A DNA stretch of 56,679 nucleotides, filler included, from Sphacelaria rigidula (taxonomy: Eukaryota): the NCBI GenBank assembly GCA_964200075.2. It is 7 parts of 7 records of this genome, joined end to end, with 100 filler letters (N's around TTAATTAATTAA, not from the genome) between each part and the next. Parts side by side here need not be neighbours in the genome. Positions count along the whole stretch, not along the records: positions 1 to 8,012 come from CAXNAA020012646.1; positions 8,113 to 16,124 come from CAXNAA020012647.1; 5 more parts are not named here. One strand, written 5' to 3'. The notes below the pieces were generated by a model. It had not been told where the DNA came from, did not search any database, and worked only from the letters and a program-made list of their open reading frames with translations. This document shows positions 1 through 11,229 of the stretch, in pieces. Numbering within the stretch: position 1 is the first letter of the stretch; each line of letters opens with the position of its first letter. A program made the translations under genes and the position numbers.

Positions 1-44
1 GGGGGGGTCGCGGGGCGCGCCGGGGGGCGCGGCGGCGCGGGGGG

Positions 45-88
<44 letters not shown>

Positions 89-383
89 TCCCGCTGACCC
101 GAGTCACTTTCGACGAACGAACGCAGTCGATTTTTTTTGCTGGGGATTTGTGCCACTTGGTTGCAACCCATCTTGCACTTTTATTCGTGTTCAAAGGCGC
201 AAGCAGCAAGCATGTTTCGCGACATTTGTGTGACAGTTTTCTTGCGCTGACCTCCGTGAAGGTTGCGGTTGCTGCAACCAGGTCGAAACTCGTCTGAACA
301 GCGGTCACTTTCGAATATATTAATCGAACTCGACACTGGTACGAGCTGGGCCAGCCGAGAAGCGATTCTGTAGTTTGCAGGTC

Positions 384-643
384 CATTATACGGCCAATAC
401 TTGGAGTTGGACCCTGAAATCTGGTATGGACAATGAGTAGGGCATAATGAAAAACAAAAACACTAGTGCAAACAAGTTTTTTTTTCCCCCATGAGTTAGG
501 GGCATTTCACCGATACCTAGAAACTGATTGTTGCCCTTAACTCATGAAAAAAACTTGTGTGCACTAGTGATTCTTTTTACTATGCCCTACTCATTGGCCA
601 AACCAAATTTCAGGGTCCAACTCCAACTATTAGCCGTATAATG
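384..643. mobile_element. Foldback/MITE-like palindromic element
   Basis: Arms of about 120 bp (CATTATACGG...GAGTTAGGGGCA and TGCCCTTAACTC...CCGTATAATG) are imperfect reverse complements around a short loop; no coding capacity. Confidence 0.75.
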
Positions 644-1924
644 AGCTGTTTAGTGACAGGGTCAGAAATAATTCGGAACAGTATTTTGCAGGCCATATAC
701 CGGCCTACGTTCGGTGTTTGTGTATTGAAACTTTGTGTGGGGCGTGGCTAGGGCATAATCAACGAAACAAAGTGGATGAGGTCGTTTATTTTATTTTATT
801 CATTGGTTTAAGGCGATAAAGTCTGGTGAAAACCATTTTTTCACGACAACGCCTGAACCTCTCTCCCCCCCAAAACAAAATGAAGGTCCATTTATTTTTT
901 ATTTTTTGCCTACATCTGTGATCCTCCATGCTGAGTTTCAAATTACAATTCTGAAAATTGAACTAAAAAAATGAGATAAGGCACGAAAGCAGTGTTCATT
1001 TCTCCTCAAAACCGCCCCAAAAACCCGAAGAAAATGAAAAAAAAATGGGAAAAGCTGTGCTTACAAGCTTCATTATGCACTAGCGGTTCTCCCTACGAGA
1101 TTTCATAGCATAACTCTCAAAAACTGACACGCAATATCCAGGTTTAGCTAATCTAGCGCATCTGCTCGTAATATACTGATTTTAGTATGGAAACTCATGT
1201 GCGCCATATCTCGGGATAGATCACGAATTAGGTAAAGGTGAGGATATCTATCGTCTCCCCGTGCTCCAGGGACTGTCCACATCAAAATTCGTCATCCGCT
1301 GAATGCATCGATCGGGGGTTCCATAGAGAGTTCAGTATGGACGCTATCTCCCTGAGGTATACCGTAGGAATTACCAGACATGGGATTTAATCAACAAGAA
1401 AATATGGGCCCAAGATTTTGAGTAGATGGGCACCTTCCCCTTGGTTAGACAACTAATACAATATGCGGATCATGGCCCAACTCGTCCGTGTCGACGAGAT
1501 ATTGCTTTGAGAGCTTAAACCCGTGTCTAGGCTGGCCCAGCTCGTATGGAGCTTGCGGGCTTTGGTGTAAACTGCAGCACAATCGTGTTAGCCATAGGAA
1601 GACGCTCATGGGCAAGCAGAAAGACTACTCCGCGAGCAATATCCAAACACTGCTGTGCACTGTCCATTCGTGAACAAGCTAAGCTGTTATCGTTTGACCT
1701 TGCTCCAGTGCCTATGCGATCATCAAATGTTCATCATACTGTACATTCAAATTAAGTAGTGTACTACCACACTAAAGTCAAGTAGTAGTTTACTACTACA
1801 CTAAGTTCAAGTGATAAGCACAGACCTGCCACCCGGCGCCCAACCTCCCCGAGCCCTCTCTTTCACGATTTTTCCAACGTTTGGGGGTTATGTTCCTTGA
1901 AAAGTAAAAATGGTGTACGCCTGG

Positions 1925-2080
1925 CTCGCCCTAATATTTTTTCCGCGACGAGCAATGACTCGAGTGCTCGCCCTATTATTTTTTTCCACAACGAGCAACG
2001 ACTCGAGTACTCGCCCTACTTTTACGGCCAACTAGCATCTCAACGAGTGTGAGTGCCACGAGTCACACTCGTGTTCGTAC
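1925..2080. repeat. Partial copy of the left arm of the 2690-3052 foldback element
   Basis: Shares the ~40-bp subrepeat TTTTTCCACGACGAGCAATGACTCGAGTGCTCGCCCTA and CAACGAGTG..GTGCCACGAGTCACACTCGTG with 2690-2870. Confidence 0.7.
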
Positions 2081-2170
2081 CGTTGCCGGTTCGACAGCAT
2101 CTTTACTCGTAGAAGGGGGGTTGCTCATCGTTGGGCACCAAACGGCACTGCTATCAGATGTGAATTTAAA

Positions 2171-2470
2171 TAACAAAGTTTTCGTGAGATCGAGAGTAGA
2201 AGATACAATTGAGAGTGAAAAGCGGTCAATTCGTGAATGACCCGTTTCAGTTCCGAAATGCCCCTCCACGAGGCCCTATACCTTTTCTGTAGTAGCTTGC
2301 CACTGAGACCCTTGATATCCCTGAGAAAGATATCGACCTGTAGCTGTAAGCACACGCCGGTGGTGGAGGGGAAAAAAAGGACACGGAATGAAAAGGTCCC
2401 GAAGTTGAAGCAAATGGAAGAAGCCACTCTCAATTAGCGCTCTACTCTCAATCTCACGAAAACATTGTTA
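2171..2470. mobile_element. Inverted-repeat-bounded element (MITE-like)
   Basis: TAACAAAGTTTTCGTGAGATCGAGAGTAGA..AATTGAGAGTG (2171-2217) is the imperfect reverse complement of CACTCTCAATT..CTACTCTCAATCTCACGAAAACATTGTTA (2425-2470). Confidence 0.6.
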
Positions 2471-2689
2471 AATGTACTACTCGAGAGATACTCCGCCGCT
2501 TTGGTAGAACTCTGATCTCAATGTGGGGGGGGCGGGGGGCTTGGATAAAATGAAAACGAGCTTTGGAGCTTGACGCTTGTACATGTGCAGATGTGCATAT
2601 GAACTTGAAAATTCTAGTTTCAAAAACGTCGAAGAGCTATTTTAGATATTTGCTCGTCGGATTGCTGACTCCTCCACTCAAGTCGTTCA

Positions 2690-3052
2690 TCACGAGCAGT
2701 AACTCGAGTAGTCGCCCTATTGTTTTTTTCCACGACGAGCAATGACTCGAGTGCTCGCCCTACTAATTTTCTCCAACGAACAATGACTTGAGTGCTCGCC
2801 CTATTCATTTTTACGGCCAACGAACAGCCCAACGAGTGCGCGTGCCACGAGTCACACTCGTGCTCGTCCGACGGGTGCGACTTTGCTTGTGAATTCTCGC
2901 GTGCGACTACGCGTTCCATCATGAAATCTTGCACACGACGGACGAACACGTGTGTAACTCGTGGCACACGCACTCGTTGGGCTGCTCATTGACCGTAAAA
3001 ATTGTTGAGAGGAGCACTCGAATAATTGCTCGTTGTGGAAAAAAATAATATA
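2690..3052. mobile_element. Foldback MITE with tandem ~40-bp subrepeats in its arms
   Basis: Three subrepeats followed by CAGCCCAACGAGTGCGCGTGCCACGAGT; mirrored by ACTCGTGGCACACGCACTCGTTGGGCTG...TTGCTCGTTGTGGAAAAAAA. Confidence 0.7.
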
Positions 3053-3129
3053 GTCAGCATCAGAAGTTTTCAGAGTTAGTATTTGTTGTAGTTCTTGAGT
3101 TTTTCTCGAGTATGATTCTTCACAACTAC

Positions 3130-3630
3130 TTGAAAATGCTAGCGCCGGTAGATTTAGGGGAAAGCGTAGGCCGCGCTCAAACCGCAGTGCCCGAGCTGGT
3201 GTTTTTGGGGCGATACGGACTAGATACCCCGTTTATCAGGAGGGTATTATTGACCGTTTTTGGTCCAATTAAAACAGTTTTCCGGCTCTTCCGCAGCGAA
3301 ACACTGGATATTCAGAAAAATGGATACGTATACAATTCCTCACACTAATAATCGAGATCGTCTTCCCCTCCTATACTGCACAGACATGTCTAGCATTTTC
3401 TGCCAATGACCTCTTTTCGCTTTTTTTCGCAGAACATTTTCCATGAGCATTCAAAAGTTCTAGCGTCGATAGTTTCGGCAAAACAAGCAGACCGTGCTCA
3501 AATCACAATGCCCAAGTTGGTGCTCTTGGGGCGATACGGAGTAAAGACCCTGTTTATCAGGAGGGGTGTAATCGACCGTGAGCTGTCTAAGAAATATAGT
3601 TTTCCAGCTTAAGCGCAGTGAAGAGGTAAA
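3130..3630. repeat. Diverged direct repeat pair (~3130-3300 and ~3450-3630)
   Basis: Both copies contain GCTCAAA..GCCC.AG.TGGTG..TTGGGGCGATACGGA.TA.A.ACCC.GTTTATCAGGAGGG. Confidence 0.6.
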
Positions 3631-4138
3631 ATTTCCAAAAGAGAAATCATTTTCGAGTCTTCACTCATATGGTAGGCATTGATTCGGTCCAACGAAAATA
3701 CCGAAAACCTATAACCTGGGGTTGCATTTTCGCAAGACCCCCCAAGATCGGTCAAGCCCGTAAGTCACTAAATATTGATCGCCGATATTTCTTCCTTCAA
3801 CAGATGTCAACAAGACAATAATATCTGATACAAACAGGATAGTGTTGGTCATAGTGGTCGTCCACATGCATGTCTCTACTGTACAAGTCGAGTTCTAGAG
3901 CGAAGCACCAACAGGATTTCGGTCATGCAGGTTACGAGGTTTTTGCTAACTCATGCAACTATTACTTTTACTATTACATATGGTTACACATTTCACCATT
4001 CCATTTGGCACAGTTCGATTTTACTATCATGTCAACCTTCTAGCATCTGCTCGCTGCTGGAATCAAACATCTTACTGTCTCACCGTTACTCTTGAAACAA
4101 TCGTAAGCTCACAGCATGTGGGTAAGTCCAACGTAGAA

Positions 4139-4475
4139 TGACACAGGACGAACGTCACGATATGCTTGGTCACAGATTAAGGCCGATTTATTTTCCCTTT
4201 CTCTCATTGGTGGTGTCGAGACTTCGCACTTCCGAAAAGGAGTGGACACCAGGGTGCACCCGATTGGGTCGGTCCTCGGAAAGAACCGGATCCAACCAGA
4301 TGTAAAGAGGCATGTTTATGTATTCCGTCTCTCGACGGATTTACATAACGCCTCACCCCTGACTGCGGTACTAGCCAGTTCCCGCAATCAGCCCTCCGGG
4401 CGCGTAAGTCGTTTTGAATCGACGGCCCATCATCGTACTACCCTTATCCACCACGCCACGCCGCGATCCGTAACA
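4139..4475 (-). mobile_element. Putative 3' LTR of Gypsy element A
   Basis: On the minus strand a polypurine tract (GAGGGGGGG, 4476-4484) directly precedes TGTTACGG; the far end ...GTGTCA near 4139 is tentative. Confidence 0.55.
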
Positions 4476-7400
4476 CCCCCCCTCAGTCCTAGGGTTGAAA
4501 AACCCTGGGACTGAACGTGGTTCACACGATGGATCGCCGCGTTACCATGTCCCTCTTCCCGAGTACTCGGCGTCTTGGTGTAACCGTCGATCTTGAAAAT
4601 CGTTCTGCTGGGTTATACCGCATAGGGCATTTCAACACCGCGCAAGAACGATTCTATCCCGCCCAGGGGTGGGGTCCTTTATCTTGTTGACCGCTCTGCC
4701 GGGTTAGACCACGTAGGGCATTTCAACACCATACAGAAACGATCCCATCCAGTCCGGAGAGTCCTTAATCTTGTTGATCGCTCTGTCGGGTTAGACCACG
4801 TAAGGAATTTAAACACCGTACAGAAACGATCCCATCCAGTCCTTGATCTTGTTGACCGCTCTGCCGGGTTAGACCACGTAGGGAATTCAAACACCGTACA
4901 GAAACGATCCCATCCAATCCGGAGAAGTCCCTGATCTTATTGACCGCTCTGGGCTGTCCGTAAACCGTTTGCGGATCTTGGTACATCGGGGAATCTACCG
5001 CGCAATTGAGCCCCTCTCTGCTCGAGATGGTGTATCGGATGAACGGGGCCTGGTCTGCGGTTGATATAATTGCCACAAGACATGAAACACGTCCAACTGT
5101 AACTCAGTGAAACTGTCCAAATCCTCTCCTCTGAAAGCCAGTGTGGTTCAGCTCCGTCGTGAAACAACCGTTGATGTTCTCACACTCACGACGATCCTGG
5201 GCTCAGCACTGCTTTCCCATCCGTCAGAGTATATAGTAGAGGTGTGGACGTGATGTCCTCAGCCAACCTTAAATGTGCCCCCCCAAGCTAGCTAACAGAC
5301 CTCGCCTGGACTTGAATGCTGCAGTTGTTCTGGGTGCACATGAAATTTCTCCACGTTGGCCGCGAACACCGTTCGCTCTTGTACTCTATGCACCTGCATT
5401 TTGACCTCAAGATTGAGACCTGGTATCACCCCCTGCTGCACCGTCCCCGGCCCAGTCTACAAGTCATGTACAAATTTGGCCGGTACATCTTCGTTCAGAA
5501 GGGAGCTGTCGAACTCTTTGAGTAGCATCATATCTTATACCTCTTCCCTACGCCGGTGGCGTTGGGTTAACAGCTCATGAAAGTCCTTCAATGTTTGTCG
5601 CTGTTGCTCTACCGTGTTATTCAACAGTAGGGATTCTGCTTCAGGTGACACAGAGTCGACTTGGGTGCGAGGCTCGCGCTCAAAAGCAGCATTAATCGCG
5701 TTTGAGCTATGCGACAGTGACTGGTCGGAAGTAGTATGATGAATTCATACCGCAGGATACACATACTCGTCCCCCCATTATAGATACGGCGCACATAGCT
5801 CGGCTAAAACTAACTCCCCCCCAGCGTCACTCTAAAGGAAATAGGGCGTTTCGAGCGTCAAGAACAGTTCCAGCAGACCATTAACTACGTGCTCAGTAAC
5901 CTTGGGCTGCTGGTGAAAGAGCAAAGAGAACTTGGTGGCTCGATCCATAACAACAATTAAGTACTTATTACCAGAAGTAAAAGTCTGCTTTATGTCCGAT
6001 ATGTCCATCTACATCATCTCCCAGAACTAAAAGCAGCGGACGGGTCGCACCATTATGGTGCGACTATTAGTACGTTTGCGTCGGCGACATCCACAAGACA
6101 GCACGTGTATGCGAGTATCGGCGAAAAGACCGGGACACTCATAGCGTGCGTTGACCACTACAGTCGTTTTCATCACTCCGGCGTACCCATGCGTAGTGTG
6201 CACCAACGCGAGCAGCCCAGGCCCTAGACTGCGTGGAATAGCCAACTTACTTGGTGTCCAACTTACCTGGCGCCCTAGGTGAGGTATACCATAGGAGATC
6301 ATCATTTTGGAACGTAAGCTTTCTGCCTCTTACATGTACCTTCGTCCTTTTCTCCAACATGAACCTTTCTCTAATGAGCTCAAGCCGGGAGTCCCGCTCT
6401 TGCAGCAAAACTAGTCGCGGCTTCTTCATCAGAATCGCTCTCGCCTGCTCGAGAACGGTCTGAGGTCTACCTTTACCTGGTATCCATGGCTCCTCAGGTG
6501 GAGCCTCCCCACCACCAGGGTCTTGGTCTGACTCCCGCTCTGCCTCTTGCACCGACGAACGAGTTACAGTGGCTCCCCAAACCTCTGGTAACTCTGCTTC
6601 GTCACGAGGCCACATCGTAGCGAGCGTGCTCAAATCCTCGTCCTCACCCTGGATATGAGTCAGGCTAAACAAACCTTCCGCTTCCACTTGATAGAACCGC
6701 CTTCAGCATCCACGGGTGAACGAAATTTGCCATAATCTATGGCATGGCGTTGTTATTTACCGACGTGATGTCTCGTAACAGTCAAGAGCAGTCGCAACTT
6801 TCACGAATTCATCTCTTTCCAGCTCGACTGCTTCTTCCTATCCACCTGCGTCCGCTCCATGGGGTCTGGATTCCTCGCGCCTTGGTTTCCCCTTCGTCAA
6901 CTGAGAACGAAATAATATGGGCATCGGATTCTCGGAAGTGTGAATCGCCTCCCCCTGTCCTGTCGGCACCAGAAAAATAAACACCTGTCCGCCCTAATCG
7001 CTAACCCAACGTGGGGCAGGCGACGATGTACGTTTTCACTCGCTGCTTCCACGCTCACAGTTGTCCTTCCCTCCGACGATCAGCTTTCAAGGCGACCACA
7101 TAAGTCCGTCTCTTCCGATACGGTGCGCCCACCTACACGGCTGAGACTGAGGCCTGCTCAGTGAGACCCCAACTCCGCTCAACACGGAGCAACGAGCTGG
7201 TTCCCACCAGGAGAGCGCACCATCACAACAAAACTCTCCAAGATCAGCGTTGTTACAGAGGTTGGTGAGAGGAATGACTCGACCAACTTTTTTGACGAAA
7301 CTGGCTGATGCTGACTCCGGCTCGACCCATTCGGATGGTGCAACCCGACTTGTATACCCTACCAACACTTGTTGTTGTACTTCTTCCACAAGGTTGTGGA

Positions 7401-8012
7401 AAGAACCGCGCCCCGGACTCGTATGTACCAGCCTGACTCCCTTTCCAATTTGATATACTCCAACACAATCCAACGCCTTCCAGCCCGCATCAGCGTATCA
7501 CTTCTACGAACTATGTGGCTGCCAAAATACTTCCTCTACCTCCAACTGGAAAAACCCATTCGCTGAATCAACACTCCTAGAGTACTTGGATTCTGCTAGC
7601 CCACTATACATGGTCTGCATATCCCTCCAGCTGCCGCTGTACGACTCAAGAAGTTTGTTCAGTCCACGATAACCTTGACATAGTCGTAAACTACGGTCCG
7701 TCTTTCTTTCGAACCCTGACGTAGGCGGCTGCCCATGCTAGCGTTGATCGCACGTAGCCCGGGACTAGCTTGCAAGCCAAACCTTCTGAGCTTACGTCCT
7801 CCGTTGGATGCAGCAGCCACTGCAGCGTAGTATCGTCCTCCACGTCACTCGAAGGCTTTTTTACACCAAATTCGATGCTGCTAGGTCGCTCCGACCAGAC
7901 AACCTTACTGTCGAGTCGTCACCAAGCGCGCTTGGCTTGACAGCACGGAAGAGGTTCAAAGTTGCTGAATCTCCTTGGCTGGTGAGGTGGTCGGTGTCAA
8001 CAGCTCCGAGTT
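4476..8012 (-). mobile_element. Decayed Ty3/Gypsy element A (gag-like remnant, integrase, chromo-like tail; no recognisable RT/RNase H)
   Basis: Integrase zinc-finger region LAIPRSL..LLALVHTTHGYAGV..HVLSCGCRRRK (6027-6305); rve start DISDIKQTFTSGNKYLIVVMDRATKF (~5930-6010); LDSFTELQLDVFHVLW (~5070-5120); many stops and frameshifts. Confidence 0.8.
4589..4950. repeat. Tandem repeat, about 4.2 copies of a 78-92 bp unit at the 3' end of Gypsy A
   Basis: Unit ATCTTGTTGACCGCTCTGCCGGGTTAGACCACGTAGGG.ATT..AACACC.TACAGAAACGATCCCATCCAGTCC at ~4590 (diverged), 4681, 4768, 4846 and a stub at 4934. Confidence 0.9.
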
Positions 8013-8112
8013 NNNNNNNNNNNNNNNNNNNNNNNNNNNNNNNNNNNNNNNNNNNNTTAATTAATTAANNNNNNNNNNNNNNNNNNNNNNNNNNNNNNNN
8101 NNNNNNNNNNNN
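8013..8112. other. Artificial contig linker N44-TTAATTAATTAA-N44
   Basis: Identical 100-bp linker with stop codons in all six frames, recurring every 8111-8112 bp. Confidence 0.98.
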
Positions 8113-9442
8113 GAAAGTGTGGAGAAAGTACTGTTTTGGGCTCGAACCTTATTTCATTGGTGAACCTCATTTCATAGACTCCTCTGTGAGAAGTCTTTTC
8201 AGCCCTAAGGGCCTCAAAGGAACTAAACGAAGTCAGTATTTCACCAACAATGTGCATCCTCTGCGAGCTCTCCAGTTTGCTACTCCCTCGGAGCACCAAC
8301 TGAAGGTAGGGAGCCTGTGATAACCCTCTACAGTGTACAGAACCCTCTCACGACCATCTGGTGACCGTTTACGAGGTAAAAAATCCCGTGTGACGACCCT
8401 CTACATGCCCTCAACAATGTGTCGCCTTCATCGACCCTGCGGTGATAGCAACATGCCCACCTGTGGGGTTCACGAGTTCAACAGTTGTTTCTGTCTCTCG
8501 ACAGTTGAACACTGTGCTGCATACTTTTGTATGCAGACAAGCCACAGCCACACTGCCAATATGTATATAGTTCTCTTCTCATTTTGTTTTGTTTTCAAAG
8601 AGCTTCTAGCACTGCGGTATCAAATCAGGAAGATGTTCCTGTGTTCAGATACAGTCTCTAGAATCTCCATAGATCAAGGCGATCGAGGTCACGTATGAGG
8701 CTTGAATATGTACGAACGAGGGAGAGTACCTACTGTAGTTGGGGAATCGCTGAGCTCCCCATCTTAACCATTCAGGTATAAACCACCTACTCTAGCCTGC
8801 GTCACCGAATAGCCAACAACCGTCCTCCCCCACCCTTTCCCCAGGCCCCCGCGACAATTGCTTCCCGAAGTAGAGGAAACGAGTGGACGAACACACCAAA
8901 GTCACTTTGCGAAACCTAATAACGTACATCACCCGTCTTGAATCCCTTTCATCGCGAACAAGAACGTTCGATTGTTGCGCAGCGAAAAGTGTTACTGCAC
9001 CCAGGAAACAACATAACGGGGTACTTTCCTAAAACGTGTGCTCTTATACTAAACATATCGAACGCATTGTGCGGGTTAACAATTCAAAGTCATATACCTC
9101 AACCCAGGCTGAGCGATTCACCCAAACGATAACGTTTTTCAAGTACAAAAAAGCTGGACGGATTGAACCCCGTGCGTCTCGCTCAATTCTCCAATACAGC
9201 TGTGTAAATTACAACCAATAGTATGTAGTATACAACTAATAATGTTTTTGTCCACCATCGTATACCCTGGATTTATTGCGACATATTTGAGGGACGCATT
9301 GTGCGTTGACTCTCGGGGCCTATCGGCTAAACTAATAGGACGATAAATAACTCGTAAACTTGAAACTCTACCCTCGTACTCTCATCGTGCCTAATGTAGT
9401 TCCGAAAGCACTTCACTCGTATTCGTACGTAGTTGTACGGAA

Positions 9443-9884
9443 TTAATCATCACTGTCATCATCTTCATCGCTGTCATCGCTGTCATCGCTGTCACCGCTG
9501 TCACCGCTGTCATCGCTGTCATCGCTGTCATCATCTTCATCACTGTCATCATCATCACTGCCATCATCGTTGTCACCATCTTTTTTACCATCGTCATCAT
9601 TGTCGTCACCATCTTTTTTACGGTCGTCATCATCTTCGTCACCATCTTTTTTACCATCGTTATCATCTTCGTCCCCATCGTCATCCTTTTCATCATCACC
9701 ACCGTCGTCATCACCATGATCATCGCCATCACCATCACGACCGTCATCATCGTCCTCCCCTCCATCACTGCCATCATCTCCATGACTGTTAACACTCGCT
9801 CTACCAAAGCTGCTATCATAACCAGCCGATGTGGCAGTTGACGAATCACATGATCGGTCCCACATTGTCAACATGGAGTCTGAC
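9443..9884 (-). CDS. Terminal exon encoding a Ser/Asp-rich acidic tail
   Basis: Acceptor TATTTCCAG|G (AG at 9886-9885); frame (G)SDSMLTMWDRSCDSS...DDSDEDDDSDD-TAA; phase 2 matches the upstream exon 10373-10494. Confidence 0.7.
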
Positions 9885-10372
9885 CTGGAAATAGTCGTAG
9901 CGTTGATCGGTTGACCAATCGGGAGAAGGGGGATGGGGGATAGGGGATAGGAGATGGGGGATAGGAGAAGTTGTACAAGGACAGGGTACCTCCAATCTTC
10001 AAGGGCGTGTAGTTTATGCCAATTCAAAAATATTTGAGGGCAGCAAGGGTTTGAAGAGGGGGTATCACAAGTGGGTGGGAACAAGCAGCATGAGCCCGCC
10101 GAGGAAGCAACAGGGAGAACAACATACACCAGTTCTGCATGACTCTGCTATCCTGTCGGTGCCGATACGACTCAAGATGTTTGATTCCCTTTCACATCAC
10201 AATGATCATCCTGATCCCAAACATCATTAAGCTTCCCTCTTTGCGTGGAACAGCCGTGCAACAAACCCGCCGAGCTTCGGTGCAAACAATTGTCCTAATA
10301 GATGGTGCCTAGCTCTTTTGTCGCCACGGCATGTTGTCGAGTGCCTACTGCCCAAGATGCGCCTCGACTCAC

Positions 10373-10494
10373 CCGTCTTCACTTTCTGCGGTACACTCGC
10401 CGTCCTCGCACGTGTTCCCGCACACCATACCCTGAGGAGTTTGGCGAGCCACGACGGAGCCACTTTTCGTCGAGGTGAAATAGTTGTCATACAC
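10373..10494 (-). CDS. Internal exon VYDNYFTSTKSGSVVARQTPQGMVCGNTCEDGECTAESED; possibly the C-terminus of a right-handed beta-helix protein (EsV-1-166/FirrV-1-B30-like)
   Basis: CAG| acceptor and GG|GTGAGT donor; 122 nt open; joins in frame to the 9884 exon. Family assignment comes from recalled motif similarity (VYDN.F...PQG.VCGN.C...WD..C), not from a search. Confidence 0.65.
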
Positions 10495-11229
10495 CTGGTG
10501 AACGGCGCAGGAGAAATAATATGCACGACGCGAGTACAAGTAGTTACGTATATATATGCTGTGAAAACAAGCAAGTGTGCGGTGGATTTGGCCTATGATT
10601 CGATTCCTCTGTCAACAAAAGCAGACGTTCAACAAACTTGATGTTCGGGGTGAGGACGATGATTCTCATCAAAACGAAGCGGGGAAGATGCTCAATAGTG
10701 CTGACCGACGAAGGGAAGCTAGCAAGTATGAGGGGGAAATTGCGAGATATTAAGGTCCTCTAGGAATGTAGTGTTCTACGAATGTTTTCGTCAAATATTG
10801 ACATATCGTCGGGTGATCCTCGGGTACTTCCCGATTTTTGCTCGACCAAGGCTGTAGTGTGACACATCATAAGAACACGCATTGCTTAGATGTGTTCGAC
10901 GGAGAGAGCATCACAAACCGTGAACCATTAAGTAAGGTATTTGACACACAGTTCCCGAGTGCAGCTTGGCGTTCCCTGCATAATCATATCTTCTCGAGAA
11001 CCCTATCCGAAAGGTCGGCATGGGATTGCCTTTTCAACAAGAAGTTACAGACAGATAAAAATACGACGATTTTTTTGGCACGCGTAGACAAACCTGTGGG
11101 TGTACTACAATCAGTAGGGGTACATCATGCCTGTTGAACGTGCGAGCCTCAAGATAGTTGAGGTATTCGCAACGGAATACGAGTACAAGCTACACAATGT
11201 TGAACAGAGACAATATCACCCGAGTAGAG

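Noticed and set aside
1-85. Poly-G tracts (also 40559-40620) as G4 or poly-Gly/Pro coding
   Set aside because: Homopolymers at contig edges, so length and sequence are unreliable
8057-8068. TTAATTAATTAA as a biological motif
   Set aside because: Assembly linker inside N runs
9391-9849. His/Cys-rich (+) and Met/Thr-rich (-) ORFs
   Set aside because: Shadow frames of the Asp-rich exon; only the Asp frame fits the splice phase
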